Part shown: positions 1 to 10,076 of the stretch, piece after piece | How positions within the stretch are numbered: position 1 is the first letter of the stretch | How the letters are laid out: each line of letters opens with the position of its first letter | Notes under the pieces: model-generated | The model's input: only the letters and a program-made list of their open reading frames with translations | What the model was told of the DNA's origin: nothing | The model's database searches: none | Translations under genes and position numbers: made by a program | Assembly: GCF_024642105.1 (NCBI RefSeq) | Contig: NZ_JAHEBT010000056.1 | Location: 22,531 to 86,530 of the forward strand | Direction of reading: 5' to 3' | Length of the DNA: 64,000 nt | Origin: Flavobacterium sp. | Lineage (GTDB): Bacteria; Bacteroidota; Bacteroidia; Flavobacteriales; Flavobacteriaceae

Positions 1-1
1 A

Positions 2-808
2 TTGAGCGATCATATCTTTTCGGGAGAATACCATACGTCTTTTAAGGGACGTGGAATGACTTTTAGTGAAGTACGTCAATACCAATATGGAGACGATATC
101 CGAGCCATTGACTGGAATGTAACCGCGCGTTATAACGAGGCGCATGTCAAGGTTTTTGAAGAAGAACGTGAATTGACGATGATGTTAATGGTCGATATTT
201 CGGGTTCGGAGAGTTTTGGTTCCAAAAATCAGTTTAAAAAAGACATTGTAACTGAAATTGCCGCCACGATGGCTTTTTCGGCAACGCAAAACAACGATAA
301 GATTGGATTGATTTTGTTTTCAGATGAAATCGAATTGTACATTCCACCTAAAAAAGGGCGATCGCATGTATTGCGAATCATTCGTGAACTCATCGAGTTT
401 GAACCTAAAAGCAACAAGACCGATTTGGCGCAAGCCCTAAAATTCTTATCGGGAACGCAGAAAAAGAAAGCCATTGTTTTTGTTATTTCTGATTTTATGA
501 CACAGGAATACGAACAAACATTAAAAATTGCTTCTAAAAAACACGACATTACAGGAATTCGAGTGTACGATATTCGTGAAGAAAAAATGCCTAATTTAGG
601 AATGGTGCCTATGTTAGACGCCGAAACAGGAGCAGTACAATTAGTAGATACAGGTTCTAAATCAGTTCGTATGAATTATGAAAAATACTATCACGATCGC
701 GTGGCGTATTTTAAAGAAACCTTTAGTAAATCAGGTTCTGGAGTAGTGAATACCAGAGTTGATGAAAGTTATGTAACCAAATTATTAGGGTATTTTAAAT
801 CGAGATAA
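2..808 (+). CDS. DUF58/VWA-domain protein of the MoxR-bat operon (5' end truncated by the window edge)
   Basis: Motifs FSEVRQYQYGDDIRAIDWNVTAR and MLMVDISGS; lies directly upstream of batA-E. Confidence 0.9.
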   Translation: MSDHIFSGEYHTSFKGRGMTFSEVRQYQYGDDIRAIDWNVTARYNEAHVKVFEEERELTMMLMVDISGSESFGSKNQFKKDIVTEIAATMAFSATQNNDKIGLILFSDEIELYIPPKKGRSHVLRIIRELIEFEPKSNKTDLAQALKFLSGTQKKKAIVFVISDFMTQEYEQTLKIASKKHDITGIRVYDIREEKMPNLGMVPMLDAETGAVQLVDTGSKSVRMNYEKYYHDRVAYFKETFSKSGSGVVNTRVDESYVTKLLGYFKSR

Positions 809-829
809 AGATTGTATCCAAACTCATAA

Positions 830-2455
830 ATGAAAAAAATAGCATACATAGTATTTTTTCTAATTTCCACTTCGCTTTTTGCACAAAAAGTGACAACGGC
901 TTTGGACACGACACGCAATAAAATTGGAGCCGAGTTCAAATTGACGTTGAAGGCTTCTGTGGATACTTCGGCAAGAGTGGTTTTTCCTAATTTGAAAAAT
1001 ATAGGCGCCTTGGAGGTGATTCGTTCGTATCCGATTGATACGATTCGAAATAACGACCGCTATGAATTAATCAAAAAATACGGCTTAACCCAATTCGATT
1101 CTGGAAAATATACGATTCCAAGAGTACAAATACTGATTAATAAGAAACCGTTCTTATCCGATTCTCTTTTGGTTGAGGTGGCCAATGTGAAAGTAGATAC
1201 ATTGCAACAAAAAATGTATGATATCAAGGATATTGTGGCTGCTGAAAGTCATTGGGGTAATTGGTGGAAATACTTGTTAGCGATTATTATCTTAGCAGGA
1301 ATAGGTGCTTTGGTGTATTGGTATCTTAAGAAAAAACAACAAAAATCTATTGAAGCAGAAGTGTATAAAACACCCATTGAGAAAGCAACGTCTTTGTTGA
1401 CCATTTTGGAGCAAAAAGAATTATGGCAAAACGGCGAAATCAAGGAATATTATAGCGAATTGACCGATATTGCCCGAAATTATATTGAAGAAGCTATCGA
1501 AATTCCAGCGATGGAAAGCACCACTTCGGAACTGATTACGGCTTTGAGAGCAGCTTCAGTAAAAAAGAAAATGACGCTTTCGCAAGAAACTATCGAAAAT
1601 TTAGAGCGCGTTTTAAAACAAGCCGATTTGGTGAAATTTGCGAAATCTAAACCGCTTGATTTCGAAATTACCGAGGACAGAAACAAAATCCAAAAAGCGA
1701 TTTTGACTTTGGATAAAGCGATACCTGTGGAAGTGCCTGAAGAAGAAGATTTGTTGCTAAACGAAGCACAAAGACAGCACCAAATCCAATTGCAATTAAA
1801 GAAAAAGAAAGCCAAACGAATTCGTACTGCGATTGTTTCAGTAGTGCTTTTGGTTGTTGTAGTAACTGGATTTTTTGTCGCCACTCGAGGATTTGGGTAT
1901 GTTATCGATACTGTTTTTGGTCGTGAAACCAAGGAATTATTAGAAGGAGAATGGGTAAAAAGTGAATACGGGAATCTAGGAATTTTAATTGAAACCCCTC
2001 AAGTGTTACAACGAGTAGATGCCGAAAAAGTGTTGCCAAAAAACACTATGGCATTGATTAAAGAAATGCAATTGTTTCAATATGGAGACATGATGAATAG
2101 TTTTTACATCATGGTTTCTACGAGTCAATTCAAACAACCAACCGATATTGATTTGGCGAAAGCCATGGAAGGGAACTTAAAAATAATCGAAGCACAAGGA
2201 GGTCAAAACATCATTGTAAAACAAGAAGATTTTGAAACCGAAAGTGGCGTGAAGGGTCTAAAGGGGTATGGAACAATGACGATGCTTAATCCGTTGACAA
2301 AGTCGAGCGAAAAAGTATATTATGAGATTTTATATTTCAAACAAAATCAAGGATTACAACAAATTATGATTGTGTATCCTGAAGGAGATCAATACGGAAG
2401 TGCCATTGCAGACCGAATGTTACAATCAGTTGAACTAAGACAAGTAGGTAATTAA
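830..2455 (+). CDS. Bat-operon membrane protein (BatD-like/DUF4381-like)
   Basis: Signal peptide, Ig-like N-terminal region and two TM helices (WWKYLLAIIILAGIGALVYWYL; IVSVVLLVVVVTGFFV). Its stop overlaps the batA start. Confidence 0.7.
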   Translation: MKKIAYIVFFLISTSLFAQKVTTALDTTRNKIGAEFKLTLKASVDTSARVVFPNLKNIGALEVIRSYPIDTIRNNDRYELIKKYGLTQFDSGKYTIPRVQILINKKPFLSDSLLVEVANVKVDTLQQKMYDIKDIVAAESHWGNWWKYLLAIIILAGIGALVYWYLKKKQQKSIEAEVYKTPIEKATSLLTILEQKELWQNGEIKEYYSELTDIARNYIEEAIEIPAMESTTSELITALRAASVKKKMTLSQETIENLERVLKQADLVKFAKSKPLDFEITEDRNKIQKAILTLDKAIPVEVPEEEDLLLNEAQRQHQIQLQLKKKKAKRIRTAIVSVVLLVVVVTGFFVATRGFGYVIDTVFGRETKELLEGEWVKSEYGNLGILIETPQVLQRVDAEKVLPKNTMALIKEMQLFQYGDMMNSFYIMVSTSQFKQPTDIDLAKAMEGNLKIIEAQGGQNIIVKQEDFETESGVKGLKGYGTMTMLNPLTKSSEKVYYEILYFKQNQGLQQIMIVYPEGDQYGSAIADRMLQSVELRQVGN

Positions 2456-3456
2456 TGGAAAAAATAAGCTTTTTAAATCCAGAATTTTTTTGGTTGTTGC
2501 TGTTGATTCCAGTAGCAGGCGCTTGGTTGTATTTGAAAAGAAACCAACAAACGGCTACTTTAAAAATAAGTTCAACCGCAGGTTTTAAGGGATCAAAGTC
2601 TTTTTTTGTAAAGCTGTATCCGTTTTTAGGCGTTCTTCGATTATTGGCATTAACAGCTTTAATTGTAGCTATGGCAAGACCTAGAACGGTTGATGTTAGC
2701 AACAAAACCAAAACGACAAAAGGAATTGATATTGTGATGGCAATTGACGTTTCTGGGAGTATGTTAGCCAAGGATTTGAAACCCAACCGAATGGAAGCGT
2801 TAAAAAAAGTAGCTTCTAGTTTTGTTGATGAAAGACCTAACGATAGAATCGGATTGGTGGTGTATGCCTCAGAAGCCTATACAAAGACTCCGGTAACGAG
2901 TGATAAAGCCATTATTCAGCAAGCGATTGAAAGCATCAAATACGATAACGTATTGCAAGACGGAACCGGAATCGGAATGGGATTGGCAACAGCCGTCAAC
3001 CGTTTGAAAGATAGCAAAGCCAAAAGCAAAGTGATTATTCTGTTAACGGATGGTGTAAATAACGCCGGATTTATTGAGCCCGAAACGGCTTCGGATATTG
3101 CTAAACAATACGGAATCAAGGTATACACGGTTGGAATTGGAACTAACGGAATGGCAGAGTTTCCGTATGCGATTGCACCCAACGGACAGTTTTTATTCCG
3201 TATGATGCAGGTAGAAATTGACGAACAGTTGATGAAAAATATTGCCCTCAAAACAGACGGAAAATATTTTAGAGCGACGAGCAATAATAAATTAGAAGCA
3301 ATATATGCCGCCATCAATAAACTAGAAACCACTGAAATTCAGGAGTTGAAATTTTATGATTATGACGAGAAATTTCGCCCGTTTGTTTGGTTAGCAGGTT
3401 TCTTTTTGTTGTTAGAAATTGGATTGCGAAATTCGGTTTACCGATCATTTATTTAA
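2455..3456 (+). CDS. batA: BatA, VWA-domain protein
   Basis: N-terminal FLNPEFFWLLLLIP BatA motif; MIDAS DVSGS; LLTDG; operon position. Confidence 0.92.
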   Translation: MEKISFLNPEFFWLLLLIPVAGAWLYLKRNQQTATLKISSTAGFKGSKSFFVKLYPFLGVLRLLALTALIVAMARPRTVDVSNKTKTTKGIDIVMAIDVSGSMLAKDLKPNRMEALKKVASSFVDERPNDRIGLVVYASEAYTKTPVTSDKAIIQQAIESIKYDNVLQDGTGIGMGLATAVNRLKDSKAKSKVIILLTDGVNNAGFIEPETASDIAKQYGIKVYTVGIGTNGMAEFPYAIAPNGQFLFRMMQVEIDEQLMKNIALKTDGKYFRATSNNKLEAIYAAINKLETTEIQELKFYDYDEKFRPFVWLAGFFLLLEIGLRNSVYRSFI

Positions 3457-3460
3457 ATTA

Positions 3461-3549
3461 TTTAAACACAAAGGGCACAAGGAAATCACAAAGATCACTA
3501 ACAGTTTTGAATAAAAGCTCAAATATACATAGCGAACTTTGTGTTTAAA
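3461..3549. repeat. MITE-like element with perfect 13-bp terminal inverted repeats
   Basis: TTTAAACACAAAG (3461-3473) and CTTTGTGTTTAAA (3537-3549); the left arm has periodic CACAAAG-like units. Confidence 0.7.
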
Positions 3550-3565
3550 AAATGAGAAATCAATA

Positions 3566-4600
3566 ATGGAATTAGACGAAAAAATATATTTGTACTTACT
3601 ACTGCTACTGCCGCTTTTGGTGTTGGTTTTTCTTTTCAATATGTATTGGAAGAGAAAAAAACAGCGCGAATTTGGTGATTTGGAACTGGTGCAGCGATTA
3701 AGTCCGGACAGTTCTGTTTTTAAACCTATTTTAAAATTAGTGGTGTTGCTTTTGGCTTTAACAGGTTTGATTTTAGGCTTGGTCAATCCAAAAATTGGCA
3801 CTAAAATGGAAACCGTAAAACGAGAAGGAATCGACATTGTTTTTGCCATAGACGTTTCTAAAAGTATGCTGTGCGAAGATGTAGCACCAAGTCGTTTGGA
3901 AAAAAGTAAGCAATTGGTTTCCCAAATTATCAATCAATTGGGTAACGACAGAATTGGAATTGTAGCTTATGCGGGCAGTTCGTTTCCAGTTTTGCCCATT
4001 ACAACCGATTATAGCGTTGCCAAAATGTTTCTGCAAAGTATGAACACCGAAATGGTTTCGTCTGTAGGAACGTCTTTGGATGAAGCAATAAAATTGTCGG
4101 CCACGTATTTTGATGATAAAAAAACGAGCAAATTATTGATTTTAGTTTCCGATGGAGAAGACCATTCGGAAGGTGCCGAAGCCGCTGCGGAAGAAGCCAA
4201 TAAATTAGGCATTAAAATCATTACGATAGGGGTAGGAACTCCAAATGGCGGAACCATTCCGTTACGACGTAATGGGGTTTTAGAAGGTTTGAAAAGAGAC
4301 AATAACAACGAAGTGGTAATCACTAAGTTGAATTCTGAAAGTTTGACTGCTATCGCCAAAGCTACCAAAGGAGGCTATGTGAATGGTGCCAACACCAAAC
4401 AGGTTATTGACTATGTGAAAAACGCCCTGAATAATATTGAAAAAACCGAATTTGAGGCGACTCAAATGGCCGATTTCCAGTCGCAATTTCAGTGGTTTTT
4501 GGGATTTGCATTCGTGTTGTTGTTTGCGGATGTTTTTCTATTGGAACGCAAAACCAAATGGGTGAATCAACTCAATTTGTTTAATGAAAAGGAACAATAA
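3566..4600 (+). CDS. batB: BatB, VWA-domain protein
   Basis: MIDAS DVSKS, DRIGIVAYAG, LVSDGEDH. ATG 3566 preferred because the ORF-track start at 3539 lies inside the repeat. Confidence 0.9.
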   Translation: MELDEKIYLYLLLLLPLLVLVFLFNMYWKRKKQREFGDLELVQRLSPDSSVFKPILKLVVLLLALTGLILGLVNPKIGTKMETVKREGIDIVFAIDVSKSMLCEDVAPSRLEKSKQLVSQIINQLGNDRIGIVAYAGSSFPVLPITTDYSVAKMFLQSMNTEMVSSVGTSLDEAIKLSATYFDDKKTSKLLILVSDGEDHSEGAEAAAEEANKLGIKIITIGVGTPNGGTIPLRRNGVLEGLKRDNNNEVVITKLNSESLTAIAKATKGGYVNGANTKQVIDYVKNALNNIEKTEFEATQMADFQSQFQWFLGFAFVLLFADVFLLERKTKWVNQLNLFNEKEQ

Positions 4601-4601
4601 A

Positions 4602-5375
4602 ATGATTAAAAAGGTATTTCTATCTATTTTGCTCGTGTTTTCTTTGGCGATTACAGCCCAAGAGAAAGATGCTCTTTTGCCCAAAGCAAATGAAGACTTT
4701 GCAGCAAAAAAGTATGCCGATGCCGAAGCCAATTATAGAATTTCACATTCTAAATTCCCAAGAAGAACGGTAGCTTCGTACAATTTAGGAAATGCGATTT
4801 ACCGTCAAAACCAATTTTCTGAATCCAAAATCGCATTCGCTAATGCGTTAAAAAATATCAAAACGCGTCCGCAAAAACACAAAGCCTTTCACAATTTGGG
4901 GAATGTGTTTATGAAAGAGAAGAACTATTCACAGGCTGTCGAAGCTTATAAAAATGCGCTTCGCAACAATCCTGAAGATGAAGAAACGCGTTACAACTAT
5001 GCTTTGGCTAAAAAAATGTTGAAAGACAATCCGCCAAAAGACGATAAGAATAAAGATAAAAACAAGGACAAGAACAAAGACAAAGATAAAAAGGACGACA
5101 AGAAAGACGGAGAGAATAAAGATAAGGACAAGGATAAAGGCGACCAAAATAAAGATAAAAAGGACGACAAAGGCGATAAGGATAAGAACAAGTCGGATAA
5201 AAAAGATGATCCGTCTAAAAATCAAGGACAGCCAAAACCCAATCCAGGGGGAATTTCGCAACAGCGAGTTCAGAATTTGTTGGATGCCGTGAATAACGAA
5301 GAAAAGAAAGTTCAGAATAAAGTCAATGCCCAAAAAGTAAAAGGAAAACCAGTTCAAACAGAAAAAGATTGGTAA
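4602..5375 (+). CDS. batC: BatC, TPR protein with D/K-rich linker
   Basis: Signal peptide, TPR repeats (YNLGNAIY, FHNLGNVFM), low-complexity linker, C-terminal TEKDW. Confidence 0.88.
   Translation: MIKKVFLSILLVFSLAITAQEKDALLPKANEDFAAKKYADAEANYRISHSKFPRRTVASYNLGNAIYRQNQFSESKIAFANALKNIKTRPQKHKAFHNLGNVFMKEKNYSQAVEAYKNALRNNPEDEETRYNYALAKKMLKDNPPKDDKNKDKNKDKNKDKDKKDDKKDGENKDKDKDKGDQNKDKKDDKGDKDKNKSDKKDDPSKNQGQPKPNPGGISQQRVQNLLDAVNNEEKKVQNKVNAQKVKGKPVQTEKDW
5040..5210 (+). repeat. Low-complexity Asp/Lys/Asn-coding tract in batC
   Basis: Purine-rich degenerate DKNK/DKDK codon repeats. Confidence 0.85.
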
Positions 5376-5409
5376 GTAATTTGAAATAAGAATACCATTT
5401 TAACAACCA

Positions 5410-7167
5410 ATGAAAAAATACATACTCCTATTATTAATCAGTTTTCAAGGACTATTGGCTCAGGTACAATTTGAGGCAAAAGTCAGCAGAAACACGCTCG
5501 GTTTGAACGAAAGACTTCGAGTAGATTTTATAATGAATGTAGATGGGGATAATTTTATTCAGCCTAATTTTGAAGGCTTCCGAGTGATTGCAGGACCAAG
5601 TCAGCAAATCAGTCAATCATGGATTAACGGACGAAGTTCTTTTGAGAAAATATATTCTTATTTTTTGTTGCCTTTGCAAAAAGGGAATTTGGTAATCAAA
5701 CAAGCGGTGATTGAATTCAATGGGCAATTGTATAAAACTGCTCCTATTCGAGTTACAGTTACCAATCCGGTGCAACAACAAGCCGATCCAAACGATCCGA
5801 ATGCACCACAAATATCAGCTGATAATAACATTTATCTTGTAGCCGATATTTCTAAAACTAATCCGTACATCAATGAACCGATTACGGTGGTGTATAAATT
5901 GTATTTTAGTTACAATATTGGAATTACCAATTGGCGCGAGTTGAATAAGCCTAAATACAATGACTTTTGGAGTCAGAACATTGACATCAAACAATTAGTT
6001 GCCGAAGAAGGGATGTTCAAAGGACAACGCTATCGCTTTGTAACCTTGCGAAAAACAGTGCTATACCCTCAAAAATCAGGCCGTCTAAAAATCGAACCTT
6101 TGGCGTTAGATATAGATGTACAATTGCCAACTAATCGTAGGGATATGTTTGGTCGCGTAATGATTACCGAAGGCAACAAACGCGTTTCGGCAGGAACCAA
6201 AACAATAAATGTAAAAGCACTTCCTGAAGCGGGTAAACCAGAAGGTTTTACAGGAGCGGTGGGTAACTTTGATTTTAAAGTAACGCCAACAAAAACCAAT
6301 TTGAAAAACGGAGAAAGTTTGGATTTAGTGGTGAGTGTAAGCGGAAAAGGGAATCTAAAATTATTTGATTTACCCAAACCCGTAGCTCCGAATGCGCTCG
6401 AAATGTATGATGCGGTTCACAAAGAGAATGTTGATACAGGCTTGTCAGGAATGACGGGTAAAATATCGGATAGCTATACGATTGTGCCTCAGTACAAAGG
6501 AAAATATCCAATTAAACCGATGCAGTTTAGCTATTTTGACTTGAGTTCAGGAACTTACAAAACGCTAACATCAGAAGAAATATTAATTAATGTATTGGAC
6601 GGACCTACAGCAACACAAGCTGTGGCGTCAAATGCAGGTGCGAATAAAAACAAAATTGAAAAGTCAGAACAATTCAAATTCATCAAATTAAAAACAAAAT
6701 TAACGCCTTTACAACCTAATGATTTCTTTGGGTCGTTATGGTATTATGTATTGTTGTTATTGCCATTTATTGCGTTGCCAATAGTAGTGCTTCTTAGAAG
6801 AAGAAAAGAAGCATTGGATGGTGATGTGACTGGAAACAGAATCCGAATGAACAACCGATTGGCTAAAAAATATTTGTCAGAAGCCAAAAAACAAATCAAC
6901 AACAAAGAACCGTTTTATGTGGCTTTGGAAAAAGCAATGCACAATTTCTTGAAAGCCAAATTACACCTTGAAACTTCGGAAATGAGTAAAGACAATATTC
7001 AAGAATTGTTGTTGTCTCGCAATGCCAATCCAGAAGTGGTTACTGATTTTATTGCCTTAACTGAAAACTGTGAGTTCGCTCGTTATGCACCCGCCTCAAG
7101 CACGTCTATTCAGAATGATTTTGATAAAGCGGTAGTTATTATTTCAGAATTGGAAAAACAGATATAA
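5410..7167 (+). CDS. batD: BatD family protein
   Basis: Signal peptide, repeated Ig-like domains, C-terminal TM and CEFARYAP motif; operon position. Confidence 0.9.
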   Translation: MKKYILLLLISFQGLLAQVQFEAKVSRNTLGLNERLRVDFIMNVDGDNFIQPNFEGFRVIAGPSQQISQSWINGRSSFEKIYSYFLLPLQKGNLVIKQAVIEFNGQLYKTAPIRVTVTNPVQQQADPNDPNAPQISADNNIYLVADISKTNPYINEPITVVYKLYFSYNIGITNWRELNKPKYNDFWSQNIDIKQLVAEEGMFKGQRYRFVTLRKTVLYPQKSGRLKIEPLALDIDVQLPTNRRDMFGRVMITEGNKRVSAGTKTINVKALPEAGKPEGFTGAVGNFDFKVTPTKTNLKNGESLDLVVSVSGKGNLKLFDLPKPVAPNALEMYDAVHKENVDTGLSGMTGKISDSYTIVPQYKGKYPIKPMQFSYFDLSSGTYKTLTSEEILINVLDGPTATQAVASNAGANKNKIEKSEQFKFIKLKTKLTPLQPNDFFGSLWYYVLLLLPFIALPIVVLLRRRKEALDGDVTGNRIRMNNRLAKKYLSEAKKQINNKEPFYVALEKAMHNFLKAKLHLETSEMSKDNIQELLLSRNANPEVVTDFIALTENCEFARYAPASSTSIQNDFDKAVVIISELEKQI

Positions 7168-7200
7168 CAATTGATAATTCAAAATTAACAATTGATAATT
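7168..7200. repeat. AATTGAT/AATTAAC heptamer-type repeat
   Basis: CAATTGATAATT occurs twice, starting right after the batD stop; same family as 39169-39227. Confidence 0.55.
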
Positions 7201-7208
7201 AAAACAAA

Positions 7209-7952
7209 ATGAAACATTTAGTTTACATATTTTTATTCATCACTTCTTTTGTATTCGCTCAAAGCGGATTTGAAAAAGGAAATGTTTTGTATCAAAAAGG
7301 GCAATATGAACAGGCTATTCAAGCTTATGAAAGCGTGTTGGATAACCACCAACAATCAGCTGAATTGTATTTTAATTTAGGAAATTGTTACTACAAATTG
7401 AATAAAGTAGCGCCGTCTATTTACAACTATGAGAAGGCTTTGGTATTACATCCAGAAGATACTGACATTGCCAATAATTTAAAATTCGCACAGAAATTAA
7501 CTATTGATGAGGTAAAAGAAGTCCCAAAAGTAGGCTTTGCCAAACTACTTCGTGATTTTACTGCTATTTATCATTACAATACTTGGGCATGGATTTCGGT
7601 AGTGTTTGGATTGCTGTTTTTAGGCTTTTTCATCGGGTATTATTTTTCGCCAGCCACCCTGTCAAAACGCATTTTCTTTTTGGGAATGTTTGTATGGATT
7701 CTGTTCTTGTTAATTAGTCTAGGGGCGGCTATTTTTGAAAAAAACCATTTTGTAAACGAACGCCCAGCCATCGTTTTTGCGGAAGCAACTGAGGTGAAAA
7801 ACGAACCCCAAAAAGCAAGTCCGGCCACTTTTGTAGTCCACGAAGGGACTAAAGTTTTTGTCGAAGAAACCTTGGGCAAATGGAAAAAAATTCAATTGAC
7901 AGACGGGACTGAAGGTTGGATTGAATCCGCAGCCATTAGAGAAGTAAAATAA
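7209..7952 (+). CDS. batE: BatE, TPR + SH3 domain protein
   Basis: TPR (LYFNLGNCYYK), two TM helices, C-terminal SH3b-like VHEGTKV...DGTEGWI. Confidence 0.9.
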   Translation: MKHLVYIFLFITSFVFAQSGFEKGNVLYQKGQYEQAIQAYESVLDNHQQSAELYFNLGNCYYKLNKVAPSIYNYEKALVLHPEDTDIANNLKFAQKLTIDEVKEVPKVGFAKLLRDFTAIYHYNTWAWISVVFGLLFLGFFIGYYFSPATLSKRIFFLGMFVWILFLLISLGAAIFEKNHFVNERPAIVFAEATEVKNEPQKASPATFVVHEGTKVFVEETLGKWKKIQLTDGTEGWIESAAIREVK

Positions 7953-7962
7953 GAGTTTAGGG

Positions 7963-8466
7963 TTATTTCTTGGTTGCTTTTTGGTACAATTTCTGAATAG
8001 AAGGAAAAACAAAATCAGCTGTTTTTTGAATTGGATTAAAGAAAATAGAACGATCTAAAGTTTCTTTTTTGGCCAAAAAATGATTGTAATTGATTTTTTC
8101 GAAAACACTAAACAGGATACTTACAATTAAAACCGTTTTCAGCATTCTGAAAAACCCACCACCCGCTTTGTTGATCCATCCCAAATAAGCAAAACTCACC
8201 AACTTAGTCAAGAACTTTCCGGCTAAAGATATTCCAATTATTACTGCCAAAAAAGTGATTATGAATGCAATAACTTGAATAGAATACGGATTCCATTTTA
8301 CGACTCCTGCTAGCGCAGTTTTTGCCATAGAGGAAAATTGGAAAGCTAAATAAATTCCTGCAATTAAAGAAAAAAAGGAAGCCAGTTCTACAAAAAGTCC
8401 GTTTTGAATTCCTTTGAATGCAGCATAAATCAATAATGCCCCAATAATAATGTCTAAAAATCCCAT
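7963..8466 (-). CDS. CvpA (colicin V production) family membrane protein
   Basis: MGFLDIIIG...KGIQNGLFVEL and INKAGGGFF motifs. ATG 8466 chosen because the GTG at 8487 lies in the promoter. Confidence 0.85.
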   Translation of the reverse strand: MGFLDIIIGALLIYAAFKGIQNGLFVELASFFSLIAGIYLAFQFSSMAKTALAGVVKWNPYSIQVIAFIITFLAVIIGISLAGKFLTKLVSFAYLGWINKAGGGFFRMLKTVLIVSILFSVFEKINYNHFLAKKETLDRSIFFNPIQKTADFVFPSIQKLYQKATKK

Positions 8467-8486
8467 AGTTGTATTGTATAAAAGCA

Positions 8487-8494
8487 CAAAGATA
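8487..8494 (-). promoter_or_regulatory. Bacteroidota -7 promoter element
   Basis: TATCTTTG on the minus strand upstream of the CvpA gene. Confidence 0.6.
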
Positions 8495-8533
8495 AAAGAA
8501 TTGAGTATTGTCTGTTGTCAATTTTCTACTTCT

Positions 8534-8541
8534 TATCTTTG
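8534..8541 (+). promoter_or_regulatory. Bacteroidota -7 promoter element
   Basis: TATCTTTG upstream of the 8603 gene, divergent from the CvpA promoter. Confidence 0.6.
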
Positions 8542-8570
8542 CGGCTCAAATTTTGGTTTCGTTTTGCACT

Positions 8571-8600
8571 TCGTAAATCGTAAATCGTAAATCGTAAATC
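8571..8600 (+). repeat. Tandem heptamer (TCGTAAA)x4
   Basis: Four exact copies ending 2 nt before the ATG at 8603. Confidence 0.9.
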
Positions 8601-8602
8601 CA

Positions 8603-8959
8603 ATGTCAAGAGACGCACAATTGAAAGAACGCTGGGAACAGCTTGTAGTTATATTATCCGATCGGTTTTCGCAAGGCGAAGATTTGGATTTGGACGCCAT
8701 CATTTACTTAATCGGAATCCAGGAATTGGGTCAGGTGCATCGCGAGTTCAAGAAAGACGAAAAATTGAATTTAATGCACATTGCCATTTGCCGATTATTA
8801 GAGCCGTATGGGTATTATGAATTTGAATTTTTTGACGAAGAAGGTTGGCCTCATTACAAAGTAAAAGAAGAATTACCGCCATTAAAAGCAGGGGAGCAAT
8901 CGGTATTGATGAAAGAGGCGATTGTGAATTATTTTCTGGAAAGAGAATTAATTAAATAA
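8603..8959 (+). CDS. Conserved hypothetical protein
   Basis: Clean 118-aa ORF with an upstream promoter; no recognisable catalytic motif. Confidence 0.75.
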   Translation: MSRDAQLKERWEQLVVILSDRFSQGEDLDLDAIIYLIGIQELGQVHREFKKDEKLNLMHIAICRLLEPYGYYEFEFFDEEGWPHYKVKEELPPLKAGEQSVLMKEAIVNYFLERELIK

Positions 8960-9019
8960 TAGTGACTCGTATCCAATAACTAATCACTAAACAAGGTTTT
9001 ACTTTTCACTAAAAAAACG

Positions 9020-9027
9020 TAATTTTG
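9020..9027 (+). promoter_or_regulatory. -7 promoter element of pheS
   Basis: TAATTTTG about 20 nt upstream of the ATG. Confidence 0.6.
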
Positions 9028-9046
9028 CACCTTTACCAAAAGACTG

Positions 9047-10066
9047 ATGATAGATAAGATAAAAGAATATATTAGCGAAGCACAAGGATTTTCCTCACAA
9101 GATCCAGCAGAACTAGAAGCTTTCAGAATTAAATTTTTAGGAAGTAAAGGACTTTTAAAAGAGTTGTTTGCCGAATTTAAAAATGTTCCTAACGAACAGA
9201 AAAAAGAATTTGGACAAGTAATTAATTTATTGAAAACGTCTGCCGAAGATAAAGTAAAATCCATCCAAGAAGCCTTAGAAAGTAAAGAAGAAAGCAAAGG
9301 AGTGTATGGTGATTTAACTCGTGCTGCAGAGCCGGTTTTGATTGGGTCGCGTCATCCAATTTCTTTGGTTAAAAACCAAATAATCGATATTTTCTCAACT
9401 GTAGGCTTCAACGTGTCTGAAGGTCCAGAAATCGAAGACGATTGGCACAATTTTACTGCTTTGAACTTGCCAGAATACCATCCGGCTCGTGATATGCAGG
9501 ATACTTTTTTTATTCAAACCAATCCTGATATTTTATTGCGTACGCATACTTCATCTGTTCAAGTGCGTTATATGGAAAATAACAAACCGCCAATTAGAAC
9601 AATTTCTCCTGGGCGTGTTTTTCGTAACGAAGCGGTATCGTCACGTTCCCACTGTATTTTCCATCAAGTAGAAGGCTTGTATATTGACAAAGACGTTTCT
9701 TTTGCTGATTTAAAACAAACCTTATTGTATTTTACAAAAGAGATGTTCGGAAAGTCAAAAATTCGTTTGAGACCCTCTTATTTTCCTTTTACAGAACCAA
9801 GTGCCGAGATCGATATTTATTGGGGCTTGAAAACCGAAACCGATTACCGTATTACCAAAGGAACAGGTTGGTTGGAAATTGGAGGTTGCGGAATGGTGGA
9901 TCCGAATGTATTGAAAAACTGCGGTATCAATCCTGACGAATACAATGGTTTTGCTTTCGGAATGGGAGTAGAGCGTATCGCCATGTTGTTGTACCAAATT
10001 GGAGATATTCGAATGTTTTACGAAAATGACGTTCGTTTCTTAGAACAATTCAAATCAATAGTATAA
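9047..10066 (+). CDS. pheS: Phenylalanine--tRNA ligase alpha subunit
   Basis: HPARDMQDTFF, LRTHTSSVQVR, FHQVEGL, YFPFTEPSAE, GFAFGMGVERIAML. Confidence 0.98.
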   Translation: MIDKIKEYISEAQGFSSQDPAELEAFRIKFLGSKGLLKELFAEFKNVPNEQKKEFGQVINLLKTSAEDKVKSIQEALESKEESKGVYGDLTRAAEPVLIGSRHPISLVKNQIIDIFSTVGFNVSEGPEIEDDWHNFTALNLPEYHPARDMQDTFFIQTNPDILLRTHTSSVQVRYMENNKPPIRTISPGRVFRNEAVSSRSHCIFHQVEGLYIDKDVSFADLKQTLLYFTKEMFGKSKIRLRPSYFPFTEPSAEIDIYWGLKTETDYRITKGTGWLEIGGCGMVDPNVLKNCGINPDEYNGFAFGMGVERIAMLLYQIGDIRMFYENDVRFLEQFKSIV

Positions 10067-10076
10067 TTTATAATTC

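Noticed and set aside
5040-5210. D/K-rich tract in batC as a novel repeat
   Set aside because: A charged low-complexity linker is typical of BatC.
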